From: Mantamonas sphyraenae STR306
Lineage: Eukaryota > Protista > CRuMs
DNA length: 64,000 nt
Reading direction: 5' to 3'
Assembly: GCA_026936335.1 (NCBI GenBank)
Contig: JAPMXV010000057.1
Location: 1 to 64,000 of the forward strand
Shown one piece after another: positions 35,968-47,584 of the stretch. How positions within the stretch are numbered: position 1 is the stretch's first letter; each line of letters starts with the position of its first letter. The notes under the pieces are model-generated. The model did no database searches. It was not told where the DNA came from and saw nothing but the letters and a program-made list of their open reading frames with translations. Position numbers and translations under genes: made by a program.

Positions 35968-38900
35968 TCACCATCCGTCGTCGCTTCCGTCGTCCCATTC
36001 ATCCTCGTCCACTCCATCAAGCTCCTCACCGGGCACAAAATCGTCGTTTGCCGCCGTGCGGATCTGCGAATAAAACTTGTCAAAGACCATGTCTCGAGTC
36101 AGCTCCTTGGCTGCACCCTCCCGCTTCGCCTGCTCTTCAGCAAAGTCGTACTTGCCGCTCTTGCGAGCCTCCACCGGTGCCTCGCTCAGCTTTGTCATCC
36201 CTTCCGGTTGCACGCTCGCGTACGTCGGCAGAGCGTCCTGGCCCTCCAGCCACTCCGCGCCGCTGAGCGCAGGCTCGCCTGTGCGTTGGTCTGGAAAGAT
36301 GTCGTCCTGGAAGAACTGCTTGCGCGTACGCGGCACTGTGAAGCGGATCGGCCGCAGCTCCTTCGTCGTCAGCTTGTAGATAGTCGCCACCTCGCATTGC
36401 GTCACGTCGTTGCAAGCCTTGGGCAGCATCGCAAGACCCATCTGCGGGTTGCCGCTGTCCGTATACGCGTTGAGAAAGTGCACCTCGTCGTCCACCACCT
36501 CGTACAGCCGAATGATGCCTTCGCCCGTTCCGCCCAGGTACAGCACGTTGATGTCCTCGTCGTAGAACGGCAGCATCCCGCCCGCGCCTACGTCGATGTC
36601 CACACTCGCCAGCGCCTTGTCCATCTTGCGCACATCCCACAGACGCAGCTGTCGCTCGGACGACCGGTTGAACCCCACACTCACAAACTTGTGCTCGTTC
36701 TTGCCCGCCCACGCCAACTTGACCCCCTTGCTACCGTCGTGCAGTTGTGCCACCTCGCTGGCCACCGTTTCGCTGCGCAGGTCCAGCAAGCGGAACGCCT
36801 TGTCTTTGCACGCCGTCGCCAGCGTCTTGCCATCGTACGAAAAGTCCATCGAGTACACCACCGCGTCGCTGTCCCAGTCGTCCGACAGTGACACCGTCAG
36901 CCTCTCGTCGCCACTCTCCAGATCCCACACCTTGACGCAGGCGTCGTTCGAGCTGCTCACAAGCACGTCGCTCGCCAGCGGATGGAACTTGACCAATCCC
37001 ACACGCTTCTGGTGGCCCTGAAGGTCCATCGCTGCGTTTGTCAGGTTCTGTTCGCCCAGGCCTCCCGTAGGCAGGTTCCACACCTTGATATGGGCGTCTT
37101 CCGACGCCGTCGCCAGCATGTGGTCGTTGAAAGGGTTAAAGTCAAAGTCCGTCACGGGGGCGCTGTGCGCAGCAATCACGCTCACGCCGGTCTCCAGTCG
37201 CCCGGGCTTGCTCAAAGGGAACACGCCAAGCTGGCCGCCTCCTCCGGCCCATGGGATCGCAAAGAACTCCTTGTTCACCTTGATCCCCTGAGACTCCGCA
37301 GCCTGCGACGTGGCAATCTTCAGCCCGTCGTATGACTCTTCCGATCGCGCAAGCTTGCCTGTCACGTGGCGGAAGTAACTCTTGCGCACAATGTTCTGTG
37401 CCTTGAGCGCAGACGCAGACAGGCGACGCTCTGCCTTTTCGCTGTCCTGGACTCGGTGCACGCTGTTGTCCGTGTACTTGGCATCGGCCACCACTTCGCC
37501 GCTGCTCGACGACGACGACGACGATGCACCAGCCGACGACGACGACGACGACGACGACGAGCTCGTGTCCACAGAAACCTCGGCCTGTGCCTCGCCATTG
37601 CCGCCTGCGCTGGGATCCACAATGTCCACCAGGTTGGGCTCTCCTGTCTCCCCTGCGAACCACTGCTTGGCATCCACCGAAGGCGTGCCCGCAAACGTGG
37701 GTGGGAACAAATCGTCGTGGAACTGGCGGTAGCTCTTCCTTGGCACCTGCAGCATGATTGGTTCCACACTCTGCTTGGTCAGCTTCAGCACACGTGCCAC
37801 CTCTGCCTGCATGTGGTCACACGCCAGCTTGGGGATCATGGCAACGCCGACCTGCACGTTGCGCGATGCCTCACTCGCCACCTGCACCGTCCACGGCTTC
37901 TTGTCCAGCGTGTCAAACACGTGCACACTGTTGTCCCCCTTCCCTGCAAGCACCATCAGCTTCGTGTCCTCGTCGTACAGCGGAATCAACACGCCCGTCG
38001 ACGTGTCCACGTTCACCGTGTGCACCTTCTCCAGGCTTCCACTGTCCCACAGGCAAAATTGCCGATCCCGGAACTTGGAAAAGCCCGTGGTCACCACACG
38101 ACCGGAACTGCCCAGAAACTGCACACGAGTCTGCTTTGCACCCGCGTGGCACTCCGTCTCCTGTGTGACCCCCCCATGCCTGTGTCAGCCACCCCTCCCC
38201 ACCTGCCCACCTTCCCCGCTCACACACACACACGTACCGCAATCACAGAGCCTGCACGCGGGTCGATGAGACGCAGCTTCTTGTCTGCACACGTGGTGGC
38301 CAGCAGCGAGCCGTTGTGGTTCCACGACATGCTGTACAGCTTGTCCCCGTGGATGTCCTCCAGCTTCAGCACAGCTTCACCGGCCTCCACGTCCCACAGC
38401 GCCACGCTCTGGTCGTACGACGAGCTTGCCAGCACGTTGGCTGCTGTAGGGTTGAACAGAACGTTCGTCAGCTTCTTGGTGTGGCCCTCCAGCGAGCACA
38501 GCACGTCGTTCATCGCCTCCGTCAGCTCCCCTCCGGGCAAACGCAGCAGCTGCACATGCACACCGACCACACACACACACATATGTCATTATCCGTGCGT
38601 TGTGTTTACACACGCCCCGGGATGCGTACCAGCACCGGTGTCAGTGTTGCTTCTCCTTGAACTACGCCCCAAAAGTGCACGCAATCGCACGAGAGGGTTC
38701 CACCCCTGCTTTCTCTTGTCTTTTTGCTGCCCTCCCACGCTGCTCCCTGGCCCTCCCTGGCCCGTGTACACACGCGCAAACGCACCTTGATCAATCCTTC
38801 GTCTCCGCCTGTGGCCAGCAGGGTGCCATCCACGGGACTGAGGTCAAAGTCGGTGATCTTGGCACTGTGTGCGTTGACCAGATTCAACGAGCGGCCCACA

Positions 38901-39103
38901 CGGCCAGTCATGTCCAGCGGGATGGCTGCAAGCGAGCCACCCACGTTGGTCTGCCACTGTACCACCACATATTCCCGCGACGCCTTGATCCCGTTGCTCT
39001 CCGGGTTCACAGACGTGTTCACCTGCAGGTCACTGTAGTGCTCCTCGTTCTTCAGCGTCTTTGCGCGCGAGTTGCGATACTTGGATCCGCCAAACTTGGA
39101 CAT
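35968..39103 (-). CDS. CORO7: Tandem coronin (coronin-7/POD-1); complement(join(35968..38160,38238..38549,38786..39103))
   Basis: Two coronin WD40 units (SKYRN; SYFRH), VPRK...FHDDLFP and VPR...FFQDDIFP, and an acidic DEDEWD C-terminus. Confidence 0.92.
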
Positions 39104-39228
39104 CGTGTATGTTGTTGTACGCGACCGGGTCGAGTTTGGGGCTGCTGTCTTGGTTGAGTGCCTGCACCAGCGCCCCGCGCCAGCTCAGGAAAACCTTCCC
39201 CAACCCCAACCCACCCACCCGCCGGCCA

Positions 39229-42037
39229 ATGTCTTCCACAGAGACTGTGGACACGGGTACGCCCGTCTCAGACGCACCTGAGCAAGCGGAGGAAGAGGGC
39301 CCATCGCAGAGCAGCAACGAGGCTGAGGAGAAGCCCCAGGAGGGCCAGAGTGGCGATGGAGACGAGGAGCAACAGGGAAAGAAGAAGAAGCGGCGACGCA
39401 AGAAGAGGAAGCCCAAGAGCGACGGGGACGCAGAGGGAGAGGATGGCACCGAAGGCGACGCAGACAACGAGGGAAAGAAGAAGAAGAAGCGCAAGAAGCG
39501 CAAGAAGCGCAAGCGCAAAAAGAAGCAGGATCAGCGGGCCTCTTTGGTGCCCATCCAGGCTCTTGGCGACGATGAGGATGCCAGCACGCCGTTTGAGGAA
39601 GTGCTTGCTCTCGAAGCAATGATCGAGAAGTATGCTCATCTGCAAGAGGAGAGCAAAGAACCCGTAGGTTGCCCGTTATCGCGTGAGGGCGCTCCATGGA
39701 ATCGAGGGCCCCCTTTTCTCCCAAAGCTGACCCGTTCCCACTCGTACACAATTGCTGGCACGTGGTTCACAGAGCGACGCGCTGGAAGAGCTGTTGGAGC
39801 GACGAGAGGAAGATTTGGATGTGCTGGAAGAGGCCGTGGAAGAGTTTCTGACGGCCTATACGCTGAACAGCGTGACGGCCCGCAATCTGTACAAGACGGG
39901 CGTGGAACTGGCCGAGAGTGTACAGGAGGCACTTGCGCCTCCGGGAGACATCTACGTACGCCTGCAGCTAATCTCTGTGGCAGTACGTGCATACCACATG
40001 GTGGGTCGATGCATGCTTTTGCTGGCCGTCAATCACGACCGTGACTCAAAAGAGGACGAACAGGCGTGCAGCGAATACCTGCGCGACAGCGAAATCGCCT
40101 TTCGCTGCGCTTCGCTCTTTGTCGATCTGCTGTTTGAACTGGATCTGGAGGCGATGGACGACGAGCTGCGGGAAGAGCTGGAAGGCACGTACGCAGACAC
40201 GCTGTTGGACAATCTCTCCGTGCTGTGTCGTCTGGCTTGCGTCAAGCTCAACCTGGGCGAGTATGTGGAAGCCAACCAGCTGTTCCGCGATGCCATGCAG
40301 TCGTCACACCAGCTCTACGCCACCGAGACCTTCCTTGACGCCGACCAGCGCAACACGCTCAAACTGGGCGAGGTCACGGTGACGTTGGAGTGGGCAGAGG
40401 CTCAACTCCGATGGGCTCTGGCCCAACAAGAGGAGTTGCGCATGCTGCAGGCCATCGTGGGCGATCGACAGGGAGGACGCAACGAGTTTGACGACAGCAT
40501 CGACAATCTGGGCAAAAGCGTCGCTCAGCTCTTCTTCCTGGCTCGCAAAAAGTACCAAAACTTGCTCACCGGCATCAGCGAGCTCACACACAACACATCC
40601 GTCCACTACATGCTGGCCACAGTGCATCTGCTCCACGCAGACGCCATTGTCGAAGGCCTGTGCAAACCCGAAAAGGCCGCAAACAACGGCGGCGGCAGCA
40701 GCAGCAGCAGCAGCAGCACCGCCAGCCCCAAACCCTCCCGCGATGGCAAGGACTCACGCTCGCTTTTGTTGCGGCCGTACTCGCCTTCGTCTCTGGATGA
40801 CGACGACGACGACGACGACGACGAGCGACCCAGCAGGACAACCTCACGCGGGAGCGGCTTCCTGCGTAGCATTTCGCTGGGCGGACGCTCGTCACCCAAA
40901 CCCACGCGCACATCGACTCAGGGCGGAGCACGCAGTCCTCTGCGCAGCTCATCGCGCTCGTCATCCAGCGCCTCGGGCCTGGATGACGACGAGGCAAAGT
41001 TTGATCCGTCCATGCTCAACGAAACAGACGTTGCCCGGCGTGCAAACCTGCTGGTGGCCTTGAATCTGGTACGCAAGGGTGCTGACAGGCTGGAGCAGGG
41101 TATAGGCCAGTACAACCTCGCAGGCGACGAGCTGTCCATGCTGCTTGGCAAACTCAAGTTGCTCGCCGCACAAATCTGCCATGAAATCACTCAGCTCGAG
41201 GTCAAAGCCCTCGAAGAGTACCGGTATGACTTTGAGACGCGTGTTCTGTGTGTGGCGTCGCAGGAGGAGACCTTTATCTGCGAGGCCTGCCAGGTGCTGC
41301 TGCCCCTCATGAAGGATCGCGTGGAGGTGGACCCTGCCATCAACCGGGTTCTCGACGCCCTTTCCAGCCTCATCAGCCTCAGTGTCAACATGCCCCCCGG
41401 ATACGCACGTGCCTTTGGCAAGCTGCAGAAGCGCGGTGGTCTGCGCAAAAACTGGCGCGAGCGCTACTTTGTGGCCACCAATGAGCTCATCACCTACCAC
41501 GACTCGGAAAAGGCCGCACGGGCCTTCCTCGAATCCCGTGGCCAATTGTTCAACAGCAGTCTGGGACAGATTGTGCTCACCGATGTGGCAGAAATCCTCA
41601 GCAACAGCACCTACTGCAAGAACAAGAACATCCAGCCCGACTCACTGGGCATCGACGCAAAGCAAACCTCCCGTGCCTTTGAAGTCATCACGGGCAAGGG
41701 GCGTGACTACCACTTTATTGCCTCGTCCGAGCAGAAGCGCATGGAGTGGATCGAACACCTCATCCGCCTCATCAGCTTCCGCCGCACCATCAACGAGACC
41801 TACGCCTTTCTCGAGGTCATAGGTGTCACCCTGCCAGCTTCCATCAACCACGAGCTCCACCTGTGCTCCACCATCACCTGCCCCAACCTTGTTCAGAAGG
41901 ACAGGACCGTTCACTCCTGCCGTCGCTGCCAACAAGACTTCTGCCCGACTTGCCTACTCGCCAAGGTCGATCTTGAGACATACGGTTTTGTGCGTCCGCA
42001 GACAGTGTGCGTGCGTTGCGAGTTGCTCCTCAAGTGA
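39229..42037 (+). CDS. Helical-repeat + PH + degenerate FYVE-like domain protein; join(39229..39663,39773..42037)
   Basis: GKLQKRGGLRKNWRERYFV...RMEWI (PH) and HSCRRCQQDFCPTC...VCVRC (FYVE-like). Confidence 0.8.
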
Positions 42038-42048
42038 ATGGAAACCAG
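42035..42048 (+). repeat. Left copy of 14-bp direct repeat TGAATGGAAACCAG (putative target-site duplication)
   Basis: Identical to 50191-50204; begins with the host gene's TGA stop. Confidence 0.9.
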
Positions 42049-42119
42049 CGCGCTGTCACACACACAACGCTGGCGTATTGTGGCGTTCAGCGCGCTGTGG
42101 TCAGCAACGCAAAACAAAA

Positions 42120-43139
42120 ATGACCGTCAAAACGAATGCAACGGGTGGGTCATACATCCACGGCAAAGCCTTTTCGGCGGACAAACGAGAATGCATTCTC
42201 TTTCACTACCAATCCAGCTTGCGTCCTTCGTGCAGAGGCACAGCGGAGGCTCTCGGTGTGTCTCCTTCCGTCGTGTCCAAGATTGTACGTCAACACCGAG
42301 CCATGGGCCATGTACGCCCTCTTGTGGCCCAACCACCGTCCAGGCGTCTCCTGGATGCCAATGACGACCAGTTCATTGCTGAACAGGTGGCCGGTGATCC
42401 GCGACTGTACCTGGACGAGTTGCAAGTAGCCGTTGCTCTTCATCGCAACAAGGTGGTATCTCTGTCCACAATTCGCCGTTCTTGTGCGCGCATGGGACTG
42501 ACTCGCAAGAAGGTGAGTGCTATCGCCAAGCAACGGTTCAGGGAATCCACCGTGGCGCGCACACGCGAGTTTACTCGAGCAATGAGGATTCGCGGTGTGT
42601 TCCGAGCGCCGAACGTGGTCTTCTTGGACGAAACTGCAGTGAACAACAGAGTGTGCTACAGGAGATATGGTCGTGCGAAACGTGGGCAACCAGCGGTCGT
42701 TGTGGAGAACCATCCCAAGCAAAAGCGCATCAGCGTGCTGGCGGCCATCAGCACCGGTGGGCGCTCGCCACTGGTAGCGTACACAATGCGAGAGGGGTCA
42801 TACAACCGGCAGCTGTTTATGGAGTTCCTGGAGCAAGACCTCTTGCCCCGCATGCGAGATTGCCGCCAAACAGTTCTGGTCATGGACAACTGCTCCATCC
42901 ACAAAGGCGATGCTGTACGCCAGCTGTGCACCTGGTATGGGGTGGATGTCGAGTTTCTCCCGCCTTGCACACCTACGCTCAACCCCATCGAGCTCATGTT
43001 TAGCAAGTTCAAGGCGGTCCTCCGCAGGGAATTTCATCGAGTGGACATTTGCACTTTCGCGGCGATTTGTACTGCATTGGGGCATGTTACGGCTGCTGAT
43101 GTGAGGAACTGGGTCCATCACTGCGGGTACCGCATGTAG
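42120..43139 (+). CDS. IS630/Tc1-mariner DD34E transposase (339 aa, intact)
   Basis: HTH AEALGVSPSVVSKIV, second HTH LYLDEL..VSLSTIRR..GLTRKK, FLDET, VMDNCSIHK, FLPPCTPTLNPIE; 34 residues separate the second D from the E. Confidence 0.95.
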   Translation: MTVKTNATGGSYIHGKAFSADKRECILFHYQSSLRPSCRGTAEALGVSPSVVSKIVRQHRAMGHVRPLVAQPPSRRLLDANDDQFIAEQVAGDPRLYLDELQVAVALHRNKVVSLSTIRRSCARMGLTRKKVSAIAKQRFRESTVARTREFTRAMRIRGVFRAPNVVFLDETAVNNRVCYRRYGRAKRGQPAVVVENHPKQKRISVLAAISTGGRSPLVAYTMREGSYNRQLFMEFLEQDLLPRMRDCRQTVLVMDNCSIHKGDAVRQLCTWYGVDVEFLPPCTPTLNPIELMFSKFKAVLRREFHRVDICTFAAICTALGHVTAADVRNWVHHCGYRM

Positions 43140-44121
43140 GATCGTGGAGCGTAGCCATTCAGGGCGCACGCTGGTGCTGAAAACCCCGTACTCCCGATGC
43201 CATCTTTGTGTCGGGGGGGCTCAAAGAGAAGCAGGGAGGGCTAAGTGGGGCACCTACAAGGCGTGGATAGTGCCCACCTCCCCTGGCAGCAGTCTCCTCA
43301 GTCAGGAGCGACGGCCTTGCAACTGCGCTTTGCGAACATACCATGCGCCCCGTGCATAAACAATCCATGGAACGCCTGCATACAGTCATCATGCCACATG
43401 GTCCTCTGGTTTTGGCTCCAACACCCGTGGGAGGAGCACCGCCGTGGTCGTCTACGCCGTCGAGATGAACGCCTCGTGCACCAGCACAATGCATTACACA
43501 TGCATCTCCTCCTTTGGACTTTGGAGAACCATGTCCCAACATGTATGTACGCAAACACCATGAGACACAGCGTGTGTGAAGCCACATACACCGAGTTCCG
43601 TCATCTTTCGCGTAGCCTGGGTCTTTGTTGTCATCCAGGACGGGAAGGCACCACAGCAGGTCATAATTCCTGCTGTAGTCCCTGTGTGTTGTCGTGCAGC
43701 CTGTCCACTTGACTCTGTTTGGCTCCTGTGGACGTGTGCCACCTGCGGGTCACGCGACGGCGACGCCATCACATGTGCCTGCCGGTTGGCGGGCAATAGG
43801 GTGTCGTACACGGAGCCACGATGGCCACGATGAAACAGGAACAGCACATCACACCCAGGTGGATGATTCCAACACAAAGCGGGCGAACATGCAACCACCG
43901 CAATGCGAGAAGTACTGATGTCAAGCATGCCGACGCTCCGGTGCCAAAACCCCAGCTGCAACACGATGGAAGTGCTCATGGTGTGCTCGATAACGTCACA
44001 ACCACCAGCCCGTCCTCACGTGTCCCTGGTGTGCCCTACGTGTGTTGCATCGCACGAGTCGATTTCATTGTATCAACCCCGTACACAAGTGCCAGCAAAC
44101 CTGTGCATGCCCGAAATTGAG

Positions 44122-47100
44122 ATGGAAGGGTACTCCAATGTCAACGGTGTCAACAACACGGGGGTGGCGTGTTGGGTGTCTTCCTTCACCACAGCAGTTC
44201 GCTGTTCCCCGATTCTGCGTTCCCTCATGTGCGACTACTTGCTCACCTGGATGGAGGGTATGATTACAGCGGAGGGTACTATTAACTGGGGTACTGGCGT
44301 TGTGTCGGAGGGGGAAGGCGAGGCGGTGAAAGGTAACGCACAACATACACACGCTGCGACGGAGTTGTGCTGACGCCCCGCGTGCTGACGCCCTCCCAAA
44401 ACACACACCCTCCCAAACGCACACCCTCCCACAGACCCCAGAGTCGTCAACCCCCGCCCTCCTGCGCCAGACCTGGTGCGTGGCCATGTTCTGTGACGAT
44501 GAAATGTACGCAGGAGCATGCAACGACGTGTTTCTGGCAGCCACGGTGCTGGCGGGCGATAGCAAACGATGGGGAGACCCTTCCGACCTGTACCTCCATT
44601 TGACGCTCGCGTTCGACTCCAGTTTCCCCGTGTGCCTGCGGGATGTCCGACTGACAGCGGGTCCTGCAGAGTTTGCAGGTCTGGCGGCCGAGCTTGCGCA
44701 CGATGAGCGTGAAAGTGACCGTACGCGACCGCAGAGACGGCAACGACGACGACAACGTGCGCAGGAGCATGAGGAGCAAGAGGAGCAGCACGAGCAGCAC
44801 GAGCAAGTGCCGTTCGGGGTTCTCAGTACCAATGGCGAACACTTTACAGCCTGGCTTCCGTTGGACAACGGCGAGTTTCGCGTGTACAACGACCTCTCCC
44901 GGGCACTCACGGACGAGAAGTGGGCAGGTACAGCACATCTCGGGGTGCAGGTCATGGTACCGAAAACTCAACCACCTTTCGATTGGGCCTCGCCACCCCC
45001 CACCGGGAAGGTGATTCTCCGAAGCAAGCGTTCGGTGTTTCGCTGTCCACAAAGGATCAAGGCGCCAATGGCAATGGAGCACAACGAGAAGTCGACCAGC
45101 GCTGGTACCCGGCTGTACGCTGCGCACGCTACCCGAGCTCGTGCGACAACGCCAGCGCCTCTGGGCAGGCCACCCTCGACTCGTGTGCAGATTGCTGGGT
45201 CAACCGCATCTGTGCGTGGGCTTCGTTTCAATCGTGTGCCCGCCACGCAGACATCGGCAGCAGGGCAGCTGACACAGCTTCCGACTTCCGCCGGCGACAA
45301 GACGCCAGTGACCGCAAAGTGTCTGGACGTGTTGAACGACAACTGGCAACCCCCACCTTTGGCTGACTCTGCTGTCAACGAGGGCGTGGAGGGTGGTGTG
45401 CAGCGTGGCGTCGCTGGGTCGGGGGGAACCCGCCTTGCCGCAGTGTACGTTGGCCTCAGCAGCCTCGCCGCTCGCTACTTGCACCTCTCCGACCATACCA
45501 TCACGCATCCCGCCACGTTCACCTCTGCCTGGCAATGGGTCACCACGATCCTCGACACTGTGTTGCCCAGATTGAGCAAGCTGTTCTCGACTCGCACGGT
45601 TGTGGTTGTGGACGACGTCGTGTCCACAGCCGCACTGTTTGCAGGTCGAGCCACGCCAGCCGAGCTGCAACGCTTCTACCAGCAACTGAGTGCAGCTGTG
45701 TCCCAGGACACCTTCTCCAACGCCAAGCAGCGAGCGTTCGCCGCCCGTGCCACGGTCACCACCCTGGCGCCAGTGATGCGCGACTACCTTGCTGCCCATC
45801 AAGTGGCAACGATGTCACTGGACGAGTTCGTCACAAACCAGGCCGTCAGAAATAAGGCCGTCAGAAAGCAGGCCGCCAAAAACCAGGTCAAGGCCGAGGA
45901 CGATGTCGTTCTGTGCCACCGCGAGGGGCGTCTCATGGCTGGCCTCGCACTCCATGGGTCAGCTCCGGGGCTGCGGGTTGTCAACATCTTCAACGCCCAT
46001 GTGGTGGACACGAAGGAAGTGCACGCCAAAGCGACGTCATGGAAACTGCAAACTTGGGCCAAGGGTGCCAAGAAGAAGCCCAAAAAGGGGAAGACGACAA
46101 AGACCAAATCGCGAGGGAAATCATCGATCAAGAGTGACGACGAAAAGAAGGAAGAAGAGACTGAAGCGCTGAGGCAGCAGCTGCTCACGGTGGGTCTGGA
46201 GGAGACCGAACGTGACCATGGTCCGATGTCGGCCGTCGCCTTGGCGCAAGCAGTCTGCCAGCGGCTTGGAGGAGTGCATGGTCTCGATCATCAACGCGCG
46301 CAGACCGTGATGGAGTCGTTCAGTCGACTGTGTACGCGGGCGAAGGCGCAACCGCGCTCAGTGGAGGAGTTGGCACAAGCATTGGGCTTGACTGAGGTCA
46401 ACATCACCTACAAACACAAGCCAGAGCTGAAGAACACCGATGACACCCGTATGCATATGGAGTACAAGCTCGGGCGTGGCCACAGTGCACGGGAAGGGAC
46501 GCTGCACGTGCAGGAGATGCCATTCCATCTCGCACAGGGCATTCACAAGGATGTTGCGAAGGCCATGGTGGGCAAGGAGGACGCCACGGAGCCGGACGAG
46601 GAGGACTGTGCAGTGCCCTACCTGCTGACGGCAACTGAAGCCGAAATCGCGCAGATTGTGGAGGAGATTCCTGCTGGCTTTGATGCATCTGTCTTCAAAA
46701 AGAACAAGGAGGAGTCACTCAGTTCCCGTGGGGCCGTTGAAAGGTGGACATCTGTTCCACGTGTGATCACAGCACGGCACGAGAAACAACTTGCAGTGCT
46801 CCTGCGAAAAGATGGCCAGGTGCTACGCCCTCCTGCGACCCCATCATCAGCGACCCGTGCGGACCTATTCGAGGTGGCGCTCCAGACAGGGGCAACAACA
46901 GAGGGCGAGACATTGACGCCGCTCAAGGATGCTTTTTATGACAAGGATGACGTAAAGGGAAGCCAGCGGGGGCGACCCGTGTGGATCCCGCACGGGTTTG
47001 ATTTCACCACGCTGCTGCCTTCGGCCACGGCGATCAGGGAGCACGATTTTGTTGAGTACCAGAGCGATCTCAAGAAGAATCTGAAGCTGGAGGCGAACGT

Positions 47101-47584
47101 GCGTGGGCTTGGAAAGAGCGAGGCTGACGTGCTTGGAGCGTTGGCGGACTGTATGCTCGTGCAAACAGCCTTGCTTCGAGCATGGTTCGTCGACCAGGTG
47201 ATTCCAGAGGTGAAAAAGGACCCAACTGCATGGTTCACTGCGCCCCATGGACGTCAGCAATCGGTGGATGGCAGCGACGAGCAGGAGGAGGCGGAGCTGG
47301 ATGAGTCGGAGCTGGACGAGGCGGAGCTGCCAACAGAGGATCAGACGATGATTGACGGGATGGTGGTCGACGGGATGGTGGAAGATCACAGCCGCGTGAA
47401 GCCCTTCTACCTGCTCGAAGCGTTCACGGCCTGCGCAAAGTGGCGACGCACAACCTCAAGGTACTCAAGGAGAACGTGGACACCCCAGAGGAGCTCAAGT
47501 CTGTACGATTTACCAGGAACGGGATACAGAAGGCGGGCGATGGTCAACATGGTTTCGACTTTTCCTTCATGGTCACGCGTCTGA
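44122..47584 (+). CDS. Element ORF with an N-terminal USP/C19-like cysteine protease; probable N-terminal part of the Fanzor; join(44122..44332,44442..47584)
   Basis: Cys box GVNNTGVACWVSS.....SPILR in exon 1. A 109-nt GT-AG intron with two CTGAC branch-like motifs joins in frame. His box GVLSTNGEHFTAW.....FRVYND. Confidence 0.7.

Noticed and set aside
41823-42119. N-terminal extension of the transposase ORF (438 aa)
   Set aside because: It overlaps the host PH-FYVE gene and crosses the element boundary; the ATG at 42120 after an A-rich leader is the plausible start.
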